Below, piece after piece: positions 55,293 to 64,000 of a DNA stretch of 64,000 nucleotides; the stretch's first letter is position 1; every line of letters begins with the position of its first letter. Both the position numbers and the translations under genes were made by a program. The notes below the pieces were generated by a model that was not told where the DNA came from, did not search any database, and was given only the letters and a program-made list of their open reading frames with translations. Origin of the DNA: Eledone cirrhosa (lineage: Eukaryota); NCBI GenBank assembly GCA_964016885.1, contig OZ024760.1:14384001-14448000 (forward strand), given 5' to 3'.

Positions 55293-57684
55293 AAGTATTT
55301 GACTGGTATATATTTGATTATCGACCAGAAGGACAAAAGGCAAAGTATACCATGACAACAGCAATAATAATAATAATTGTTTCTACTTTTTGGCACAAGG
55401 CCAGCAATTATCTCAGCGCATTACTGGTACTTTATTTTATTGACCCCGTAAGGATGAAAGGCAAAGCTAACCTCAAAAAATATTTATCTAGAATTATACA
55501 TTCCAGACAAAACAATGTTTGGTTTACAACACCACCACCAACAACAACACAAACAACACCAACACCACATCACCATCACAAACAAAAACACTGCCACCAG
55601 CACCACCACCATAACCACCACCACCACCACCACATCACCAACACCAGCACCACCACCTCCAACATCACCACCACAACCACCACCACCACCACCATATCAC
55701 CAACACCACAACACCACCACCATATCACCAACACCACCACCACCACCACCACAACCACCACCAACAACACCACCACCACCACCATCACCACCACCATATC
55801 ACCAACACCACAACACCACCACCACTACCAACACCACCACCACAACCATCACCACCACTACCACCAACAACAACACCACTACCACCAACAACACCACCAC
55901 CACCACCATATCACCAACATCACAACACCACTACCAACACCATAACCACCACCACCACCTACAGTAACCTGTCAATCTGGATGTCTTAGATGAACCAAAC
56001 TCGATTTCCTCTCTTTTTCCACAGATCAATAACCTATATTTCCTCTCTTCTTCCACAGATCAATAATCTATATTTCCTCTCTTCTTCCACAGATCAATAA
56101 CCTATATTGACAGCATAGAACCTCTAGAAAATTCCAATCACAGACTCCGAAGAATCAGCAACTTTTATACAGATCAAATAGTCAGCTGGTATTGATCTTT
56201 TCACTAATATGGGTGCAAGATTTGAGTCATCATCACCACCATCACCACCACCACCACCACCACCACCACCACCACCACCATCATCACCACCACCACCACC
56301 ACCACCACCACCACCACCATCATAATCATCATCAGCACCATCATAATCATCACCATCATCATTATCATCACTACCATCACCGTCATCACCACCACCATCA
56401 TCATCACCACCACCATCATCATCACCACCACCACCATCATCATTATTATCATCATCACCACACCACCACAACACCAAAAACAACGCCACCACCACCACAA
56501 ACACCAACTGATAATGATGATGTTGATGGAGATGGTGATTGTGATGATGGTGGTGATGGTGATGGTGATTGTGATGGTGGTGGTGATGATGGTGATGGTG
56601 ATGATGGAGATGGTGGTGGTGATGGTGGTGATGATGGAGATGGTGGTGGTGATGGTGGTGATGATGGAGATGGTGGTGGTGATGGTGGTGGTGATGATGG
56701 TGATGGTGATGATGGAGATGGTGGTGGTGATGGTGGTGATGATGGAGATGGTGGTGGTGATGGCCAACTGGGCCCTGTGCTTAAGCACACCTAAGTACAA
56801 TGGTAAATCTGGCACTGTGTAGGTGTCGATACATTATTGGATTGGCAGCATAGAGTCATGGCCCTTTACGTTCTGAGTTCAAATCTCGTCGAGGTTAACT
56901 TTGCCTTTCATCCTTACGAGGTCGATAAAATAAAGTACCAGTAATGCACTGGGGTAATTGCTGGCCTTGTGCCAAAACAACTATTTAAGTGGTTTGTTTG
57001 TATCTGTATGTCCTCTGTGTGTGTGTGTGTGTGTGTTTGTTTCTGTATGTGTGTGTGTGTGTATATGAGCAGATGTGTATGTATGTATGTTTATTAAATG
57101 TGTGTGCATTTGTGTTTCTATATATTTCAGATATGTGCATGTGTATGTGTGCATGTAAGCTAGTCTATGTGTATATATGGATTTTATATATCTGTAAATT
57201 TCAGATAATGTGTGTATATGTATGTTTGTGTAGGTCTGTGTGCGACTGTGTACATTTTATACATTTATATATTTCTAAAAATGTGTGTGTGTGTGTACAT
57301 ATGTCTAAATCTATTATTTATATATGTTATATATGTAAGAAGAAATAAAGTACTTGAGTTTCTATGTCTACATGTGTATAGACATAAATATGTGTATGTA
57401 TGTCTGTATATATATATAAATATATATATATATACATGTATGTTTATATGTATATATATGTGTGTATATATATGCATATATGTATGTATGTATATATGTG
57501 TGTATATATATGTATATATAGGAATATGTAAGTGTATATATACATATATATATATGTATATATACATTAATATGTATATATATATGTATATATAGGAATA
57601 TGTAAGTGTATATATACATATATATATATGTATATATACATTAATATGTATATATATATGTGAGTGTACATATATATACATGAA

Positions 57685-57725
<41 letters not shown>

Positions 57726-57814
57726 TATATATGAACGTGAATATATATATATATACATTTATATATAAACATGATCTTATACACACACACATATATATAT
57801 ATATATATACATGA

Positions 57815-57853
<39 letters not shown>

Positions 57854-57899
57854 CATCTATATATAGTTCCTTAACTGTTTGAACGCTAACCCTCATATC

Positions 57900-58550
<651 letters not shown>

Positions 58551-60438
58551 CACCTACACAACCTACACATGTAAACACACATGATTAATTCACATTTATA
58601 GACAGTAATTTAGAAATCCTCTAACAGGATGTGTAGGAGATAAGAGAAAGTGTTGCAATTATGAAGAAAATGGGAAAGAACTAAAATGCGGCCATTTTTC
58701 AAAGCTTGCAGGAGATGAATGAATTCCTTAGTTCTCCAAATTAACAATTTTTCTCATATTTATGCCATTTCTAACACATTTCTTTCAGTAGACTGTTGAC
58801 GGATTTCTTTTCCTTTTAAGAATTTTGGTGTTATTAAATTTTTTTTTTTTTTTTAACTATTGGTTCTTCAAGGAGATTTTTCATTTTAAAATGTTATTTA
58901 TGTATATGCGTGGGTGTATGTTTATGAATGTGTGTATATATATATATATGTATATACATACATACATACACACATACATATATATATATATATACATACA
59001 CCCTCCCACTGTATAGGGGTCGTGTAGGTGTCATGACAAAAAGCACTCAACCCACACTGTGTAGGCGTCATGACAAAAAGCACTCAGCCCAAACTGTAAA
59101 GTGATCGTGTAAGCTTCATGACAAAAAGCACCCAGTCCACATTGTCCAGTGGTCATGTAGGAGTTACGACAATAAGCACCCAGCATGCACTGTAAATAAG
59201 GTTGGTGTTAGGAAGGGCATACAGCTGTAGAAACCCTGCCAAAATCAGTTCTGTGTAAGCAAGACATGGTCACCTGACCTAGTATTGTTCACAATAGGAC
59301 AACTCGTCTAACCCATGCTAGCATGAAAAAAGGGGTGCAAAACGGTGATGATGGTATATACAGTAAACAGAAATAACAAAGCAAACGACACAGTACAATG
59401 GTTTAACGCTTGAAATAATAGGAAAAGAGTCTTAACATTAGTCCTTCATCAGGCGATAGAATGAGAAATAGAAGATGAAATAGAAAGATAGAGAGTGAGA
59501 AAAGGAAGAAAAGGAAGAAAAGGAAAAAAAATTGAAAGAAAAAGAAACATAGGTGCATATATATATATATATACACATATATATGTTTACACATATATAT
59601 ATTGTTATACTTTGGGAGGGTCATGCTGCCAATAAAAACACATACTCCTGTTAGTTTTCACTTCAATTTATTATAAATTTCCGGTTGGTTGGTTTGATAA
59701 CCAGATAGTTGTTTATATATTGTCAAAGCTCTTTTGTCCACATTCTGTGACCTCCTCAGTGACTAGATTTTTATTTTGTATAACAATATCTGTTTCAACA
59801 CACATTTTCAAATAAGAAATCTTGCAAAACAAATTCATAAACAAAATATATATATATATTCTAATATAATAGCCTTGTGCATTTGTCTGTAACGAACTAG
59901 AGATAATTGATGAAGGAAGGGGTGATTACATCAACTGATGAAGGAAGGGTGATAATGTTGACTAAGGAAGGAGTGTGTGTGAGTATAACGAATTGGCTGC
60001 ATACATTGGCTGTTATGATTATGTTTGTGTTGTGTTTGTGTGTGTATGTGCATATGTGTGTTTCTGTAAAATATATTTATATATATTTGTGTGAGTGTAT
60101 ATGTTTTTGTGTGTATTTATTTAGAAAGATACATACACAATAGAATTACAAACACACACGCATCTTCACATACATATATATAAACAAAATACACTCAGAA
60201 AAAAATTATTATTACATACACGCACATCTATGTGATGACTGAAGAAGAAGGTGGGGTGTGAGAAACTATAGAAGTCCAGCATTCTAAGATTCACCACAGC
60301 AGTGTGTTTGTATGTTTGTTTCACTTATGTGAGTGAGCACGAAGGAACCAACAAACCAACCAACAAACAAACATATTTTTTTATATTATGTATAGATATT
60401 ACAATTAGCTGTCATTTTTGATGGCACAGGACCAGCTA

Positions 60439-60467
<29 letters not shown>

Positions 60468-60470
<3 letters not shown>

Positions 60471-60659
60471 CGAAGGAAATGTGGTAAGGAACCAGGTGGA
60501 CCATAACGCACCAAAGTACTCAATACTTGAGGTAGTAGAGTGGGTAATAGGAACCAGTAAGACCCCGACAGCTGAGCTCAAGCCGTTTCGACGGCTAATT
60601 CTGGACTCAGAATTAGCCGTCGAAACGGCTTGAGCTCAGCTGTCGGGGTCTTACTGGTT

Positions 60660-60664
<5 letters not shown>
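60468..60664. mobile_element. Family C fold-back insert (identical arms, likely recent)
   Basis: Fold at ttctggact|cagaattagc; TA flanks. Confidence 0.8.
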
Positions 60665-60694
<30 letters not shown>

Positions 60695-60735
60695 AATTAA
60701 GACTGAATAACCAGTTTAGACTTATAACATGATTC

Positions 60736-60824
60736 TACTCTACAAACGTTTCAATATACAATAGCCGGCCATACCTCAATATATATTAGACATTAGTCTG
60801 CTGTCCTACATATCTTCAGAAGTA
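60736..60824 (-). ncRNA. Family J hammerhead
   Basis: Reverse complement reads tactt-CTGAAGA-tatgtag...tattgtatatt-GAAA-cgtttg-ta-gagta. Confidence 0.6.
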
Positions 60825-61720
60825 TAAATGTTGTTACAAGCATCCAGATACAAACATGCAAAAAGTGACATCATAATACAGATTAGACTTATATGGTATA
60901 AAAAAAAACAGCAAATGTTTTGGCAGTATCGACAGAGGGTCAGATGCCATGCTTTCCAGCATAGTTACGTCTCTTTATGGTCTGAGTTCAAATCCTGTTG
61001 AGGTTAACTTTGCCTTTCATACTTATGGCGTTGATGAAATAAAGTACCAGTAATGCACTGGGGTAATTGCTGGCCTTGTGCCCAAAGTAGAAACAATTAT
61101 ATTTATGTATGTAAGGGCAGTGGATTGGCAGCATTGATAGCACTGGGGTAATTGCTGGCCTTGTGCCAAATGTAGAAGCAATTATATTTTAAAACAACAC
61201 AGGGTGTAATCAAAAGCAGATTTAGAAGCATAATTATTTCATATGGAAATGACTTCTACAGGACTAGAACTGTTCCATTAGTATGAAATCATTAGGAATG
61301 TTAGATAAAATTGGTCATGTTTGCTATTCATAAATTACTTTGGGAATGATGAGAAAGGGGTGGTAGAGAAAGGAGAGAGGAAAGTAAAGAGGAAATCTCT
61401 TATTTGACAACCTGATGATGTCCTTCTCTACTAACGTATTGAGTACCTATTTTCACTGTGGTTTATATATATATATATATACAATATATTTAGAAACACA
61501 CAGATACATGCGGACACACACATATACATGAATGCATCCACATCCAACCGTGAGTTAATGGTGCCAACCTTACCGATGTTGCTCAATGAATGACTGGGAC
61601 AGACCAATCCGGTTGAACCAGACTGAACCAGTATCAGAGTTAAAAACACATTATGAAGAGAGAAGGAACATTTAGATATAATTAGTAATAAAATGTATCA
61701 TACCTAAACTGCTCCTAGAT

Positions 61721-61810
61721 TCCTCGACCACGTAGTTTCGTGGCATAAACAAAAACAGTACATCATAAAGATATAGAGCCTTTGCGAGGTCTGCCGACTT
61801 ATCAAGAGGA
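61721..61810 (-). ncRNA. Family K hammerhead with U3-A8 core variant, within an insert at ~61670-62072
   Basis: Reverse complement reads tcctc-TTGATAA-gtcggca...tgccac-GAAA-ctacgtgg-TC-gagga: 5-bp stem I, near-palindromic stem III, GUC site. Confidence 0.7.
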
Positions 61811-62515
61811 TACCTCATTTTACTAGCTTCAAGAACGCGTCTACACGACGTGAGAAAGAATCCCAAAAGGCGGAGGGGGAGATAGTCACGCGATATAACG
61901 GTCGAGAAACAGAGCTAAGCCTCTTATAACCCCGAAGAAAATACCACGGAGGCGGAGGGGGTATTTATATCGAAGCCGTAGAAGAGGTGGTAAAGGAGGC
62001 GAGAAGTATGAGTAATGGCAGCTTTCCAGCAGCCACTACACTTCAAAGATTACTCGACCAGAGGGAGTTATGAACAATATATTTAGAAACACATGCGGAC
62101 ACACACATATACATGCATCATATATATATGAGTATGTGTGTGGTATTAGTAAGGGTATCCAGCTTTAGAAACCAAACCAAAATGGAGCATAGCAGCAAGA
62201 TATGGTTACCTGACATCTCTAGTTTCAGAACCATACAACCAATCTAAGCATAGAAAATAATTGTTTCTACTTTTAGCACAAGGCCAGCAATTACTCCAGT
62301 ACATTACTGGTACTTTATTTTATCGACCCTGTAAGTATGAAAGGCAAAGTTAATCTCGACAGGATTTGAACTCAGACCGTAAAAGGATGTAACTATGCTG
62401 GAAAGCATAGCGTCTGACCCTCTACTGATACTGCCAATCTACCGCCCAGCATAGAATATAATATTAACCCTTTAGCATTTAAATTGAATGTATCCAGCCA
62501 GAATCTAGCCACTAT

Positions 62516-62985
62516 CCCAGGGGCTCACTACATTACTCCATCACAGGGTTAAAGTCTATCTTAAGCCCAGGGTCTCACTACACCAGTCCATTGCAGGGTT
62601 AAAGTCTATCTTAAGCCCAGGGTCTCACTACACCAGCCCATCGCAGGATTAAAGTCTATCTTAAGCTCAGAGTCTCACTACACCAGCCCATCGCAGGATT
62701 AAAGTCTATCTTAAGCCCGGGGATTCACTACGCCAGCCCATCGCAGAGTTAAAGTCTATCTTAAGCCCAGGGTCTCACTACACCAACCCATCGAAGGGTT
62801 AGTCTATCTTAAGCCCAGGGTCTCACTACGCCAGTCCATCGCAGAGTTAAACGCCCAGCTACATCTGATGCCCATTTTCAGATGAGTACACTGGAACAAC
62901 TTGAAAACAACACACCACCCAATTCAGGAATCAAATCCACAACATTATATTCGTAAACGCAACACCTTTACCACTAGACCACGCG
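62516..62985 (-). mobile_element. V-domain tRNA-SINE whose V-like segment is amplified as ~7 x 50-bp tandem units; related 2-unit version at 52240-52490
   Basis: Head tggtctagtggtaaagg on the reverse complement; unit cccagggtctcactacaccagcccatcgcagggttaaagtctatcttaag. Confidence 0.7.
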
Positions 62986-64000
62986 CTTATCACAAGTTAA
63001 GTACTGGGGTCCATATATTCGGCTTTCCCTGTCACCCTTAGTTAAATAATCAACAAACGTAATTGAATATATTAAGGTAAACTACAGTACGAAAATGTCA
63101 AGTGTAAATAGTTTTCACAAATCCTAACGGCGTTGCTATAGCATCCATTAGCTCCTATCTTATTATGGACTGATATATATATAGTTGCACCCACTAGACC
63201 CGCCCGAACCATAACTTTCCTTCTTGTTACATCTAATATCTATTTATAAACGCATCCAGAACTATAAAAGTGTAAATATATATTAGACTCACCAATGAAA
63301 GAACCCCTCTCCTACCAAGTGGTCACTTATAATGCTAGGAATAGCAAAACTCTGGCAAAATAGAGAGTAACATTTCAATTAGAGTCCCTCGGGTTTCACT
63401 ATGGTCGATGAACGAGAAATTTCAAGGTGTGATGTTCATATCTATCCCCATATGAAGAGGGAAAAGGGAAATAACTCGTTTATGTTAAATAAGGGAAGTA
63501 ACTCATGGCGGCGTTCTTGGCTTTCTTATTGGTGTTAGTGAAGAAGAAAGACTTATAGTGGTGTTCATGGCTTTCCCATTGATCCTTTATTGAAGGGAAG
63601 CGGCTAAATGACATATTAATATATGGAGAATAACTTGCGACATTCATGATGTCCTTTTATGGTAATATTCAAGCGGTTCCCTATTTTCTGTAAATAAAAT
63701 AGATATGACGTGGTGATGTTTCTGGTTTATCCATTAACGAAAGCAGTGGAAAAGGACTACAACTAGTAAGTGAAACCACATCATGGACTTAGCGGAGCAG
63801 AATCTATAACATGTTATATATACTAGTCAGTTCCGTCCACTGTGTTGATGACACAACAGTCCACACTGTAAGGTGGTCGTGTAGGGGACATGGTAAAAAG
63901 GCTCCCAGTCCACACTGTAAATGTGGTTGGTGTTAGGAAGGGCATCTAGCTGTAAAAAACTGCCAGAGACGCTTCCGCGCGAGCAAGGTATGGTCTCCTG

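Noticed and set aside
63000-63820. Possible Helentron-associated repeat (aagggaa(a/g)taactc motifs; also gagttatctccctt at 52563)
   Set aside because: Only short motifs; element boundaries cannot be defined by eye.

Overview
This is an AT-rich, microsatellite-saturated animal genomic window. It is most likely Octopus/cephalopod DNA, inferred from the SINE types and the density of simple repeats. I found no host protein-coding exon I could recognise with confidence, and nearly all listed ORFs are translations of simple repeats. The non-simple sequence is almost entirely mobile DNA: about 18 tRNA-derived Meta-domain SINE copies, CORE/V-domain SINEs, many 5'-truncated RTE and CR1-type LINE 3' ends (two with C-terminal C2H2 zinc fingers), piggyBac-type (TTAA) and Tc1/pogo-type MITEs, and minisatellites. 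The main hidden signal is a dense population of short non-coding inserts, mostly in or beside (TA)n tracts. They carry type I hammerhead-ribozyme folds (CUGANGA...GAAA..UH, usually with pairable stems I-III): about 12 distinct sequence families and more than 15 intact or near-intact motifs. Many occur as fold-back inverted duplications whose fold point and arm ends recur at fixed positions. They look like Penelope-like-element/retrozyme termini. Two have the compensatory U3-A8 core. All folds were paired by eye; no folding or database search was run.
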